A stretch of DNA of 64,000 bases from an uncultured virus (IMG/VR IMGVR_UViG_3300035696_002359). Lineage: Duplodnaviria; Heunggongvirae; Uroviricota; Caudoviricetes. Where the stretch lies: IMG/VR virus record IMGVR_UViG_3300035696_002359. One strand, 5' to 3'. Positions 9,964 through 19,873 of this stretch are shown in pieces. The notes beneath the pieces are model-generated. The model did not search any database. It saw nothing but the letters and a program-made list of their open reading frames with translations, and had not been told where the DNA came from. The position numbers and the translations under genes are program-made. The number at the start of each line of letters is the position of its first letter. Within the stretch, counting starts at the first letter, position 1.

Positions 9964-10323
9964 GCCGTGGTTTTTGATGCGTTCCAACTCGTCATGCGAG
10001 ATTTCCCACTCGTCAGCATCGCCACGGCCAGTCGGTCGTTTCCGAGCTTCGACCCGCTGTAGCCGGCACCACTCACGGACGGTATAGGGCTTCTTTCCAA
10101 GGATTTCGGCGATTTCGAGTGGCGAGTACCAATCCTTAAAGGTGCGCTGTGTGACAAAAGAGTCACGAAGATCGGTGAGCGTGGCGGTCATCGTGCCCTG
10201 CTGCTCTTGCACTTGGCTCAGCCCCGCCGCGATGCCGTCAAGAACGGCTTCAAGCCGCTCCAACCTGTCGAGACTCGCCTGCCCCAATTCAACCGTCAGG
10301 TTGTTGGAGTGACGCTGAGGCAT
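9937..10323 (-). CDS. HTH excisionase-like protein with N-terminal coiled coil
   Basis: WYSPLEIAEILGKKPYTVREWCRLQRVEARK; convergent with and overlapping the integrase end. Confidence 0.75.
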   Translation of the reverse strand: MPQRHSNNLTVELGQASLDRLERLEAVLDGIAAGLSQVQEQQGTMTATLTDLRDSFVTQRTFKDWYSPLEIAEILGKKPYTVREWCRLQRVEARKRPTGRGDADEWEISHDELERIKNHGLLPIPTKY

Positions 10324-10463
10324 CGTAGAGCCTGGGCGCTCGTTCTCCGCTAATGCCGGCCATGGTCGTCGCACAGGTTGGCTGATTGGCGGGGAACAGA
10401 TGGCGAAAGTTTTCACCATATTCCCGTCATCGCATCCGAATTTCGGCATTTTTGCACGCCTCC

Positions 10464-11186
10464 TCATCTCTCTACTGGGCCTTCGCCGTGGCTCGCCTTG
10501 CACTCGGCACAACTTGTTTGTTCCTCTTCCGCCATTTGTTGTCGCAAAACGCACTTGGCGGCCAATTCGACGGCCTTCTCTTCGTCACCCCGCAGGTCCG
10601 CCTGTTCTGTTTCAATCTCCAATTGGACATCCTGCCGGACCTGTTGCATTTCATGCTCGTCGAGGACGCGAGCGGCCGTTCTCCACTCGTAGTTCCTGTA
10701 TTCCACTCCTCGTCTTTTCAGCCCCTCCGCCACTTTCGCCTTGTCGGCGCAGGTCACAGTGGTTGGGGAGGTAAAGCAATAATCGATGCCGCCGAACTGG
10801 CCTTTGTTTCGCGGATCCTCCCTTCGCACCCAGCCGCCTTCAACAAGCTCCTGCAGTGCCTTGCCAGCAGTGTCGCGGTTCACGCCCAACGCATGTCCCA
10901 GACCGGCGACGGTCCAATGGGCGGTCAGGGTGTATTTCCGATCCTCGGCTGTTTCGAGATGAAGTGGGCTGGTTGGTTGCGGCCGCCAAGTACCGTGCCG
11001 CCGGGCGTGGGCGAAGAGCGCCAACCAGGTTTTTGCGGCGCGCGGTGATAATGTGAGAAAGGGATCACCCCTGTCTTTTTCCGGCGCCGGGCGCGGCACC
11101 AGCGAGAGCAGATGGTCCCCTACCGTGCCGTGCGTACGATCGCACGCACGGTAGCTGGGTCGTCTTTGTTCTCTCGGCTCGGCCAT
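10464..11186 (-). CDS. Winged-helix DNA-binding protein, possibly replication-initiator-like
   Basis: WTVAGLGHALGVNRDTAGKALQELVEGGWVRR..GQFGGIDY wHTH pattern. Confidence 0.55.
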   Translation of the reverse strand: MAEPREQRRPSYRACDRTHGTVGDHLLSLVPRPAPEKDRGDPFLTLSPRAAKTWLALFAHARRHGTWRPQPTSPLHLETAEDRKYTLTAHWTVAGLGHALGVNRDTAGKALQELVEGGWVRREDPRNKGQFGGIDYCFTSPTTVTCADKAKVAEGLKRRGVEYRNYEWRTAARVLDEHEMQQVRQDVQLEIETEQADLRGDEEKAVELAAKCVLRQQMAEEEQTSCAECKASHGEGPVER

Positions 11187-11420
11187 TGTTCATCATCTGC
11201 TGTTCGATTTGCGGCACGCTTGCGGCGAAGCGCTAAGAAGGAGCGTACCATCTCGCCAGCCAGGACGAAAATCGGACGTAATTCTGCAGTTACGAGCGGT
11301 CTCACGATTTTTGCGCTGACAAACGCAAAATAGTTCGTAGAATTAGGATGGCGAATAGTTGGGTTTCAAAGAGAGCGTCGTTTGGAGCTATTCGTCTCTA
11401 CAAACAGAAGGAGACAAAGA

Positions 11421-12305
11421 ATGAGTCATCGTCAAAACGTTATTAACCACTTCGTCGCTTGGCTCGACAAAGGGCATCCACTGGAATACGTGAGGTGTTG
11501 GCCCTGGCAGATCCGCCCGACTGACACCAACCCTGTGCCTGTGGCATTAGGTTTCGGTTTTTTTAGCCCAGTGGAGTTTGTGCTCAAGGGATTGCTCCCC
11601 GCAGAGTGTGATCTACTCCGACGTCACCTCCCTGACATAGGGGATGGCAGCGGCGCGGCTAAGGTGCACGAGATGTTAGTCGTGGCCACGTTGGTCACGC
11701 TCCTCCACCATAGAGGGGTGCGTTTACAGGAGCGCACGATCCTGTATCTCCATGGTCAACCCGCGCGCTTTGGGCGTGCGCTGGAACCTCCCCCTTTTAG
11801 TGGGATTCGTCTTTGCGAGCATTTGGAAGAACATGGTTGGGACGCGCTGGTCAAGTTCGTGGCGCAGGAGCAGAAGCGTCTCCGTTATCAGGGCACTGGT
11901 CGGCGGGGCCGCGGTCGCCCGAAGGACGAGAAATTCCATGACTTTGCGAGCAAGAGACACGTAGAACTGCAAAACGCGACTCAGGTCGCAAAAGAGGCCG
12001 TGCAGAGATTTGGCGGGAATGTGGAATCGGCGGCCAGGAACATAAGGCGCTCGGCTTGGTATCAACAAATGGCGCCTGCCCCAACGGTTCCGAAGTGCAA
12101 GCCCGCGCCGCGTCGCCAACCACCGGGAACAACCCTACTACCCATTGAAGACTTGATAGAGAAGCACCTCCGATTACATGGGCCCAGCAAGGCTGAGGAA
12201 ATCGCGGTCACGCAAGGCATCGATCTGAAAAAAGTCAGACGTGCTTTGTCGCAGGATCCGACGCGATTCCAGTACCGGCCTGGAAATGTCTGGGGGCTCG
12301 TTTGA
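11421..12305 (+). CDS. Hypothetical protein with C-terminal HTH-like segments
   Basis: Long ORF with AAGGAG RBS; RGRGRPK motif; AEEIAVTQGIDLKKVRRAL. Confidence 0.55.
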   Translation: MSHRQNVINHFVAWLDKGHPLEYVRCWPWQIRPTDTNPVPVALGFGFFSPVEFVLKGLLPAECDLLRRHLPDIGDGSGAAKVHEMLVVATLVTLLHHRGVRLQERTILYLHGQPARFGRALEPPPFSGIRLCEHLEEHGWDALVKFVAQEQKRLRYQGTGRRGRGRPKDEKFHDFASKRHVELQNATQVAKEAVQRFGGNVESAARNIRRSAWYQQMAPAPTVPKCKPAPRRQPPGTTLLPIEDLIEKHLRLHGPSKAEEIAVTQGIDLKKVRRALSQDPTRFQYRPGNVWGLV

Positions 12306-12439
12306 AATCTCAACCTCGTCAGAATGCCAGACGTTCTCCTGTTGTCGCCAATTATGTCCCTATTACGGCGATCCAGAACCGCTATTCTGGACAGCAGACG
12401 CTGCGATGGGCGCGGCGAGATAGGAGAGGGTCAGAGAAG

Positions 12440-13138
12440 ATGTTACGAATCAAAGATGAGAACGATCCACGAAAACATGGGCCGCAAATCGATCCCTGCG
12501 ATTCAACGCGGGCGATCTCCATCCACCAAGAGGATCCGCCTGCGGTTATGAGCGATGTTGCGCCCCGAGACAACGATGCCACGAGCGATCCCACAAGTTT
12601 CACGCGCGAAACTTCAACAGATGCGATTTCCACCTGGGACGATCCGACGCTTCTGGCAGGAATCCAAAAAGAGTGCGAGGAAATCCGTGATCTCGATTCC
12701 TGCTATCCAGTTCAATACCACCAGCTCGGAGCGCTCTGCATCGAAGCGCGCAAACGGTTCGGTGATGACCAACTGAGGCAAATTCTGCGGCGGGAAGGAA
12801 TCGATAGTACCAAAGGGTGGCGGGCTGAACAGATCGCCAAGTTCTACACGCTCGACCAAGTGATGGAGTTTCCTTCCTTGCGCGCGATATTGAAGACACT
12901 TCCTCCGAAGCAACCGCGGCACCCAAAGACCGATCTGCAGCAACGTGCCGACCGACCAACCGCTACAACAGTTCAAACCCAGCCGCCGGCGGCCAACGAC
13001 GACGACATCATGGAATCATTCATCCGGTTGGGGATCAAAATCAAGGACACTTACGGCGATGAGGCGCTCGATCAAGCGTTGGAGCAGATCAGATCGCATG
13101 CCCCCGAGGCGTTTGACGAAGTGTTCGTGGAGATATAG
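12440..13138 (+). CDS. Hypothetical protein
   Basis: ORF directly upstream of the MTase pair; start uncertain. Confidence 0.55.
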   Translation: MLRIKDENDPRKHGPQIDPCDSTRAISIHQEDPPAVMSDVAPRDNDATSDPTSFTRETSTDAISTWDDPTLLAGIQKECEEIRDLDSCYPVQYHQLGALCIEARKRFGDDQLRQILRREGIDSTKGWRAEQIAKFYTLDQVMEFPSLRAILKTLPPKQPRHPKTDLQQRADRPTATTVQTQPPAANDDDIMESFIRLGIKIKDTYGDEALDQALEQIRSHAPEAFDEVFVEI

Positions 13139-13144
13139 GAAGGG

Positions 13145-14134
13145 ATGGCAACCAGAATTGCAGTCGGTGATACGCGGAAGGTGTTGAAGCTGATCGGCAG
13201 CGAGTCGGTGAATTGTGTCGTTACCTCACCTCCCTACTGGTGCAAACGCAACTACAACGCCGGGCCGCAAGAACTGGGCAAGGAACCAACGATCCGGGAG
13301 TACCTCGATAATCTGTTGGGGGTCATCGATGAGGTGTATCGCGTTCTCTTGCCCAACGGGACACTATGGCTGAACATCGGCGACTCGTACGCCACGCAGG
13401 GCGGAACGCTCCGTGGGAATTACTATCCGGAGACCGGCACGATCCGCAACGTAAGCAACGGTGACGTTCTTATCAAGAGCCGCGAACTGCCCCACAAATC
13501 CCTTTGCCTAATTCCGTACCGTCTTGCCATTGCAATGCAGGATCGCGGCTGGATCGTTCGGAATGTGGTCGTCTGGCACAAGCCTGACGGGATGCCGGAG
13601 AGCGTAGAGGACCGTTTCACCGTGGACTATGAGCCAGTGTTCTTCTGCACGAAAAGCCCGCGATACTACTTCAAGCAGCAGTTTCGGCCGTATGCCGAAA
13701 CGACGGTGAACGGCACACGCAATCGCATCGAAAACGGCGACGCAGTGCGTATCACCAGAGTTCCAAAAAATCTGTCAGTTCCCGGACGCACCATCCACAC
13801 GTTGCACCGAGACCGCGCCGAAGGCAATGGTCGAGACATGTTCAATCCGGCAGGGGCCAATATGCGGTCGGTTTGGCGAATTTCCACGGCTGGCTACCGC
13901 GGAGCCCATTTCGCGGTAATGCCCGAACGGCTCGTCGAACTGTGCGTCGAGGCGGGCTGCCCACCGGGAGGGACCGTGCTGGATCCATTCCTCGGTTCCG
14001 GGACAACGGCGGTTGTGGCGGAGCGGCTTGCTCGGAATTGTCTCGGCATTGAATTGAATCCCGAATTCGCCGAACAAGCACAGGAGCGGATCCTCGCGGC
14101 GCGCGGGCGGCAAGGGGCAATTGGCTGCAAATGA
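13145..14134 (+). CDS. DNA methyltransferase, N4/N6 beta class (SPPY, probably m4C)
   Basis: Motif IV VTSPPYW near the N-terminus, HFAVMPE, motif I LDPFLGSGTT near the C-terminus. Confidence 0.93.
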   Translation: MATRIAVGDTRKVLKLIGSESVNCVVTSPPYWCKRNYNAGPQELGKEPTIREYLDNLLGVIDEVYRVLLPNGTLWLNIGDSYATQGGTLRGNYYPETGTIRNVSNGDVLIKSRELPHKSLCLIPYRLAIAMQDRGWIVRNVVVWHKPDGMPESVEDRFTVDYEPVFFCTKSPRYYFKQQFRPYAETTVNGTRNRIENGDAVRITRVPKNLSVPGRTIHTLHRDRAEGNGRDMFNPAGANMRSVWRISTAGYRGAHFAVMPERLVELCVEAGCPPGGTVLDPFLGSGTTAVVAERLARNCLGIELNPEFAEQAQERILAARGRQGAIGCK

Positions 14135-15366
14135 TCTCCACGCGGATTGCCACAGGCGATGTTCTCGCCGTCCTAAGAACCGTTCCCGCTGCCATGTTCG
14201 ACGGCTGTCTTTTTGATGCTCCCTATGGGCTGACGAGCATCGGCAGACGGTTTGGGAGAAAACATAGTGCCCCGCCGAAAACCGATCAAGGTTCGAACGG
14301 TGTGTATGGTCGCACGGCCAGGGGATTCTTGGGCCAAACCTGGGACGGCGATGTGCCATCCGCCGAGGTGTGTCGAGAACTGCTACGGGTCTGTAAGCCT
14401 GGTTCCTGGGCGCTGGCGTTCGGTCACCCTCGCACATTCCATCGGCTGATGTGCAACATCGAAGAGGCCGGTTGGGAAATTCGGGACACCTTGATGTGGC
14501 TTTACGGGCAAGGTTTTCCGAAGAGCCATAATCTCGGCAAGAAGCTGGGAAATATAGCGTGGGACGGCTATGGCTTCGCGCTAAAACCCGCCTACGAACC
14601 CGTCATCATGGCCATGAAACCGCTGGACGGTTCATTCGCCAACAACGCCCGCGAATGGGGTGTGGCCGGGCTGAACATCGATGGTTGCCGTATCGGTCAG
14701 GAAACGGTGCGTAGGTATCCCGCCAATATAGTGCTGGATGAACAGGCCGCCAGTTTACTCGATCTTCAAGGCCCGATGAGTAAGGGCGGAGGGTATAAGA
14801 AGACTGGCCAACGTGATCGCCGTCATAAGGGGCAACAACTGTACGGCGGAGCAATCGGCGGCGGCCGACAGAATGCCCCAGATTCCTACGGTGACGCTGG
14901 CGGAGTGAGTCGGTTCTTTTACTGCGCCAAGGCTGGCAAGCACGAACGCAACGCCGGACTGGATGGTCTTCCCCTCGACCGCCCTGACAAGCGGTCCGAC
15001 AGGGGGATGGGCACGTGGAATACGAAGGGCGTCCAGCCGCAACAGAATCCTCACCCCTGCGTCAAACCCATCGCGCTCACGGAATGGCTTGCCCGGCTGA
15101 TCCTGCCGCCCAAGCGCCGCGACCCGAGGAGGATCATGGTCCCCTATTGCGGCTCCGGCTCGGAAATGATCGGGGCGATGCGCGCCGGTTGGGATGAGGT
15201 TTGGGGCATTGAACACGAGGAGCAGTACGTCGAAATCGCCACGAGAAGAATACAGGAGGCAAGGCTCTACTTGCCCGGGGCGACAGAGTCCCCCACAACT
15301 GACCGATCCGCTGCCTCTGAACTCGGTCGGCGGCAGAGAACAAGCACGGCGTTGCTGGCTGGATGA
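14131..15366 (+). CDS. DNA methyltransferase, N4/N6 beta class (phage-type)
   Basis: FDAPYG (variant DPPY), WLYGQGFPKS, LKPAYEP, SRFFYCAKA, HPCVKPIAL, VPYCGSGSE; ATGA overlap with the previous gene. Confidence 0.88.
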   Translation: MISTRIATGDVLAVLRTVPAAMFDGCLFDAPYGLTSIGRRFGRKHSAPPKTDQGSNGVYGRTARGFLGQTWDGDVPSAEVCRELLRVCKPGSWALAFGHPRTFHRLMCNIEEAGWEIRDTLMWLYGQGFPKSHNLGKKLGNIAWDGYGFALKPAYEPVIMAMKPLDGSFANNAREWGVAGLNIDGCRIGQETVRRYPANIVLDEQAASLLDLQGPMSKGGGYKKTGQRDRRHKGQQLYGGAIGGGRQNAPDSYGDAGGVSRFFYCAKAGKHERNAGLDGLPLDRPDKRSDRGMGTWNTKGVQPQQNPHPCVKPIALTEWLARLILPPKRRDPRRIMVPYCGSGSEMIGAMRAGWDEVWGIEHEEQYVEIATRRIQEARLYLPGATESPTTDRSAASELGRRQRTSTALLAG

Positions 15367-15607
15367 TGGTGGCAAAGGTGGCCCGTTTCGTCACCGTCGT
15401 CTGCGCCCATCAGGTTCCTCGCAATCCGTTGCGCCGGATTGGCTAAAGCTGCGTTGTAGGGCAACCGTCGGGAAATCCGTGAATGGCGGGTCTGACCTTT
15501 CCGTCCGTAGAGAGATGGGAAACAAACGGCTCGTCTCGCGCCTTTCTTCTTTCGGACACAAAGAAACTTTCCCGCTCGTGCATAAAGATTGAAGAAGGAG
15601 ATAGTCA

Positions 15608-15847
15608 ATGCAGACCAACGATTTATTGATCATCAGCCAAGTCGCGGCACTTTTGGGAATTCGGAAACACAGGCTGGAGTACGCGATAACATCGGGATAC
15701 ATCCCCGAGCCGTCGAGGCGTTTTCTCGGCAATCGCGTTTTCAGTCCAGCGGAAGTGCGTATTGCGGCCGCCTATTTCGGGACGGACACACACGACTGTG
15801 TCTCACCTCTGCCGCAAGCAACGGACATTTTTCTTCGGCGCGAATAA
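15608..15847 (+). CDS. Small MerR/excisionase-like HTH protein
   Basis: ISQVAALLGIRKHRLEYAITSGYIPEP..RVFS; AAGGAG RBS. Confidence 0.7.
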   Translation: MQTNDLLIISQVAALLGIRKHRLEYAITSGYIPEPSRRFLGNRVFSPAEVRIAAAYFGTDTHDCVSPLPQATDIFLRRE

Positions 15848-15925
15848 TGTCCCTTTTTTGTCCCCCGAGAGATTTGGTATTCTGCGGACAGACTTGTTTA
15901 TCAACAAACTGAAGGGAGATTTGCA

Positions 15926-16558
15926 ATGCCGAATATCTGCGGTTTTGGTTTGAGAGTCTACGGCTCCGAAGAGGAGTCGCAACAAGTAGCTGACTGGGTG
16001 AACAGCCTGTGTACGGAAGATGGCTACATCGACGAGCCGGGCAATAGGCCGCTCCGGTCATGGGCTTGTCTGTACGGAAAGTGCGCGCTTGATCCCGACG
16101 AACCCGGACTACTCATTCAGGGAGAGGCTAAAGGAAGTCCTGCACTCTTCTTAGCGGAGATGGTGGCTAACCGGTTTCCCGAGTTGCGCGTGGAAATCGG
16201 TGGTTCGACCGAAGACGGGATCGCGGAACTGTGGGAACTGTGGAAAGGCGAGGCGCGCCTCTTGGAGTTCTCGACATTCTTCATGTTCGGTTCGTTCGGG
16301 GTGGGCGACTACGAGGTCGAGGGTGGATTCAAGGTATCACGCGAGGAACGGGTGAAATGTATCTACCAGCAGCTTGAAGAGTACGCTGCCGAGTCGCGGG
16401 AGCATCAAGCCTTTGCGGCGCAGCGTTCCGCCGAGGAATGGAAGACGTATATTCGCCAGGAGTTGCACGACCATCTGCCCACGTTTTTTGACGACGAGTT
16501 CATTCGCGAACTTCCCAGAAAGGAGATCTGCGATGCGGAACCTATCGGAAGCAATTGA
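15926..16558 (+). CDS. Hypothetical protein, YubB/DUF1281-like
   Basis: MPNICGFGLRVYG start and SPALF..RFPEL resemble the YubB-like pattern. Confidence 0.45.
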   Translation: MPNICGFGLRVYGSEEESQQVADWVNSLCTEDGYIDEPGNRPLRSWACLYGKCALDPDEPGLLIQGEAKGSPALFLAEMVANRFPELRVEIGGSTEDGIAELWELWKGEARLLEFSTFFMFGSFGVGDYEVEGGFKVSREERVKCIYQQLEEYAAESREHQAFAAQRSAEEWKTYIRQELHDHLPTFFDDEFIRELPRKEICDAEPIGSN

Positions 16559-16607
16559 AATCGCTGACGCTCACGAGAACACAAGACATTTCCAAGGAGA
16601 AGAAAGA

Positions 16608-17765
16608 ATGAGTGAGAATGAGACTACGATGAGTGATTCAACCTCCTGCGCTGCGCAGTGCGCGGATGAGCAACAACTTGGCGCGGTTACCCCCGTCGAG
16701 AACAAATGGAACCACGTGCTTGCTGATGACGATCGCTGGCCGTATTCCGGCGGCGGCGACTGGAAGCGGGAGGATTATGGCCTCTATGGCATTTTTGAGA
16801 ACGTCAGACGGGAAATCCTCCCCCACCTGCATCCGAATTCCCTTTATGAACTCGACAAGCTGCGCGCCGACGTGTATGAGGAGCCTTGGCCCGAAATCCC
16901 TGTGCTGGCGCTTGGTGAGCATCTGAACATAGCCATTGTCTACGATCCTCAGGAGCAGCCAAAACCGGTGACGACCCAACTCCTAGCGGAATGGGGCGTA
17001 TCATTTGGTGACGTATGCGAGGTTGCTGCGGAGAACCTCAGAAATCTGCCTCGCACGTCTGGCGAACCTCGTTCGGGCGTCTACTATTCCCACAACCTTG
17101 ACGGCCACGATGCGTCCCGTCTGCTGCTTCTCGACGAGATTCGCAGCCTTCATGTAGAGGGGGATCCCATTGCGGTGACGCCTACTCCCTACACGCTCAT
17201 GGTTACCGGCTCCGCCGACCTGCGCGGGCTCAAGTCCATGTTGACTAACGTCCAAAAACTCTTTCAGCGTGTGCAAGCCCACGTGTCATTCATCCCTCTG
17301 CAGTTGATACGAGATGAGTGGAAGTCCTGGTCCCCTGCGCCCGACCATCCGTTGTATGACGACTACAATAATCTGCGCGTGCTCAGCCTTGCGCGAGACT
17401 ACGCGGTGGGGAATAAGATCTTAAACAAGCTGTGTGACAAGCGAGACCGAGGATTCGTGGCTAGCTACAAGGTGGCTGAGGAGCCATATTCCGGTCGGCT
17501 GTTCACTTTCGCCTCATGGGCTGGCGGAATCAGCTCATGGCTGCCGCGTACCGACATCATCGGGTTCACGAAAATCCAAGACAAGAAACGTGGCCTCTTT
17601 CAGAACCGCGCGTATCGCTGGGATCAGGCATTTCCCGTGGTGGGACACCGCATGAAGCCACTTGGCATCGATCCACCCTGGTATGAGGTCACGACATTTC
17701 CCACCGAGGATGAGTTTGCGGCGATGGGAGAAGAACGCCTTTCATCCCTGGCCATTGAGATATGA
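16608..17765 (+). CDS. DUF1444-like protein
   Basis: LLAEWGVSF..AAENL, DGHDASRLLL, PIAVTPTPYTLMVTG pattern; AAGGAG RBS. Confidence 0.6.
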   Translation: MSENETTMSDSTSCAAQCADEQQLGAVTPVENKWNHVLADDDRWPYSGGGDWKREDYGLYGIFENVRREILPHLHPNSLYELDKLRADVYEEPWPEIPVLALGEHLNIAIVYDPQEQPKPVTTQLLAEWGVSFGDVCEVAAENLRNLPRTSGEPRSGVYYSHNLDGHDASRLLLLDEIRSLHVEGDPIAVTPTPYTLMVTGSADLRGLKSMLTNVQKLFQRVQAHVSFIPLQLIRDEWKSWSPAPDHPLYDDYNNLRVLSLARDYAVGNKILNKLCDKRDRGFVASYKVAEEPYSGRLFTFASWAGGISSWLPRTDIIGFTKIQDKKRGLFQNRAYRWDQAFPVVGHRMKPLGIDPPWYEVTTFPTEDEFAAMGEERLSSLAIEI

Positions 17766-17813
17766 CCGCGCCTAACATGTAGCTGAAGCGACTATTCCCA
17801 AGGAGAAGACAAA

Positions 17814-18470
17814 ATGGCTGAGAATGAGGCGGAGAGAGCGGTGGTGAGAAGTTACGGGCAGTGGGTAGCCCGGTGGGACGCAGGTTTTTTCGGCATTAAC
17901 GGAAGGCGGTATTACACTGACGATCCCGATAAGCTCCGAGAAAAGTTTACACTGCTTGCCAGAACCAATCGCGAATTGTGTCTGCAACTATGGCGGGACT
18001 TCGACGCTGGCTACTGGGATGTGATGGCGAAAGTGGAAGTAGAAATCGATCCGGAGGAAATCGAGCAGGACGAGGGATCGCCTTGGTGGTACCGGTGTGA
18101 GTCGGAAAAAACTGAACAAGAGGAGACGGAGCGAGATAGCCGCCGAACCGAACAGGTCTACAACCGCCGATCTTGGCAGTTCCTGTCAGAGTTCACGGAA
18201 GAGGAGCGAAGGGAATACTGGAGCCGAGTGCGGAAGGAGGAGGATGAGAAACAGCAAAGACCGTATCGGCAACTGGTAGAGGCGTGTCTTGGGGCTGGGA
18301 ACCCGAGGTCTGGTGGGACACCAGCGATTGTCAGAGAGATTCGGGAAGCAGTTCTCGCAGAGAGTGAGCTCAATTCTGACTCACCAAGCCTGTGCAATCG
18401 GCCCGAAGGCGAATACTCGGAGATCGATGAGGCTCGTCGAGAGGCGGAAGGAGCAGAAGAACATGAGTAA
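17814..18470 (+). CDS. Hypothetical acidic protein
   Basis: AAGGAG RBS; overlaps the start of the next gene. Confidence 0.6.
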   Translation: MAENEAERAVVRSYGQWVARWDAGFFGINGRRYYTDDPDKLREKFTLLARTNRELCLQLWRDFDAGYWDVMAKVEVEIDPEEIEQDEGSPWWYRCESEKTEQEETERDSRRTEQVYNRRSWQFLSEFTEEERREYWSRVRKEEDEKQQRPYRQLVEACLGAGNPRSGGTPAIVREIREAVLAESELNSDSPSLCNRPEGEYSEIDEARREAEGAEEHE

Positions 18471-19305
18471 TCAACCTCTAAAATGGTGGGGTGGAAAACA
18501 TTATCTCGCCAAGAAGATCATCGACCTCATGCCGCGCCATCTGCATTATGTAGAACCGTATGCCGGTGGGCTGGCCGTGTTGCTAGAGAAAGACCCGTTC
18601 GACCAGTCCAAGTATTGGGGTGAGAAGGGTTACGAACAGGGCATCAGCGAGGTCGTCAACGACATCCACCGCGAACTCACCAATTTCTGGCGTGTAATGC
18701 AGCGCGAGGACACTTTCGCCGTCTTCCAGCGGCAGATCGACGCCATGCCGTTTTCGCAGATCGAGTGGGAGGAGGCCGAAGTTCGGCACAATCCCCTCAC
18801 TGATCTCGATGTCGAAGCCGCTGTGGCATTTTTTATCCGCTGCCGCCAGAGCCGCGCGGGTGGCTTCAAGGATTTCGCCACCTTGTCAAGGAACCGCACC
18901 AGGCGCCAAATGAACGAACAAGTGTCGGCGTGGCAAAACTGCATTGACGGGCTGCCGGCGGTTTCAGACCGCTTGCGGCGCGTGGTAATCCTGAATCAGC
19001 CCGCCCTGGACGTCATCCGCCAGCAGGATGGAGCGGCAACCCTGTTCTACTTGGATCCGCCGTACTTGCATGAAACTCGTGCAACGACCGGCAATTACCA
19101 GCACGAAATGATGAAGGACGACCACCGCGATCTCCTCGCCGTTATCAAGCAATGCCAAGGTACGGTTATGCTGTCGGGCTATCCCAACCCGCTGTACGAC
19201 GAAGAATTGGCGGGCTGGAGGCGCGAAGATTTCCAAATTGACAACAAAGCCGCTGGTGGAAAGGAAAAACGGCAAATGACCGAGTCGCTGTGGATGAATT
19301 TCTAG
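18463..19305 (+). CDS. Dam-like (D12 class) DNA adenine methyltransferase
   Basis: PLKWWGGKHYL, YVEPYAGG, VVNDI, LFYLDPPY, MLSGY, TESLWMNF. Confidence 0.93.
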   Translation: MSNQPLKWWGGKHYLAKKIIDLMPRHLHYVEPYAGGLAVLLEKDPFDQSKYWGEKGYEQGISEVVNDIHRELTNFWRVMQREDTFAVFQRQIDAMPFSQIEWEEAEVRHNPLTDLDVEAAVAFFIRCRQSRAGGFKDFATLSRNRTRRQMNEQVSAWQNCIDGLPAVSDRLRRVVILNQPALDVIRQQDGAATLFYLDPPYLHETRATTGNYQHEMMKDDHRDLLAVIKQCQGTVMLSGYPNPLYDEELAGWRREDFQIDNKAAGGKEKRQMTESLWMNF

Positions 19306-19639
19306 AATGCGGGGTGCGGTCTCCGATGATCTCACGTCTCCAAAGAAAGCTACCAGGCAAGGCAGACTTTCCATCTGCATTTGGGCTATTAACAGCCGAA
19401 CCTCCCACCCACAACGAACTAATAACACCTCCGCCGGACAGGAAGTTCCACGTAAGTCATTCTTGAATCGCGACTTACGTCGCTTTGTGGGAGAGCAGTA
19501 GGAAGAGAGCTAATAACTCGGCCTGACTCTCACCTATTAACCCCGCCGCCCCAGCTAATAACCCGGCTCACAGGAATCTCGTCATCTCCACGAAGAAAAT
19601 CTGCGTGTCTTGCATAGATAAAGGCAAAGGAGGGTCAAT

Positions 19640-19846
19640 ATGGAAAAGATATTTTCAACCGGCGAAGTCGCCAAGATCTTGGGGATTGCCCGGCACAAGA
19701 TCGAATATGCAATCGCTAATAGTCATCTGCCGGAGGTCCAATTCCGGTTCCTTGACAAGCGATGTTTCACCAATGATGACGTGAAACGGATCGGTATCTA
19801 TTTTGGCGTCCAAGCCGATGCCGCGTTGCTGGAGCAGATCGCCTGA
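19640..19846 (+). CDS. Small MerR/excisionase-like HTH protein (paralog of 15608-15847)
   Basis: FSTGEVAKILGIARHKIEYAI..LPE..RFLDKRCFT; AAGGAGG RBS. Confidence 0.75.
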   Translation: MEKIFSTGEVAKILGIARHKIEYAIANSHLPEVQFRFLDKRCFTNDDVKRIGIYFGVQADAALLEQIA

Positions 19847-19873
19847 TCGGTGGCGTTGAAGGGAATAAGCACA

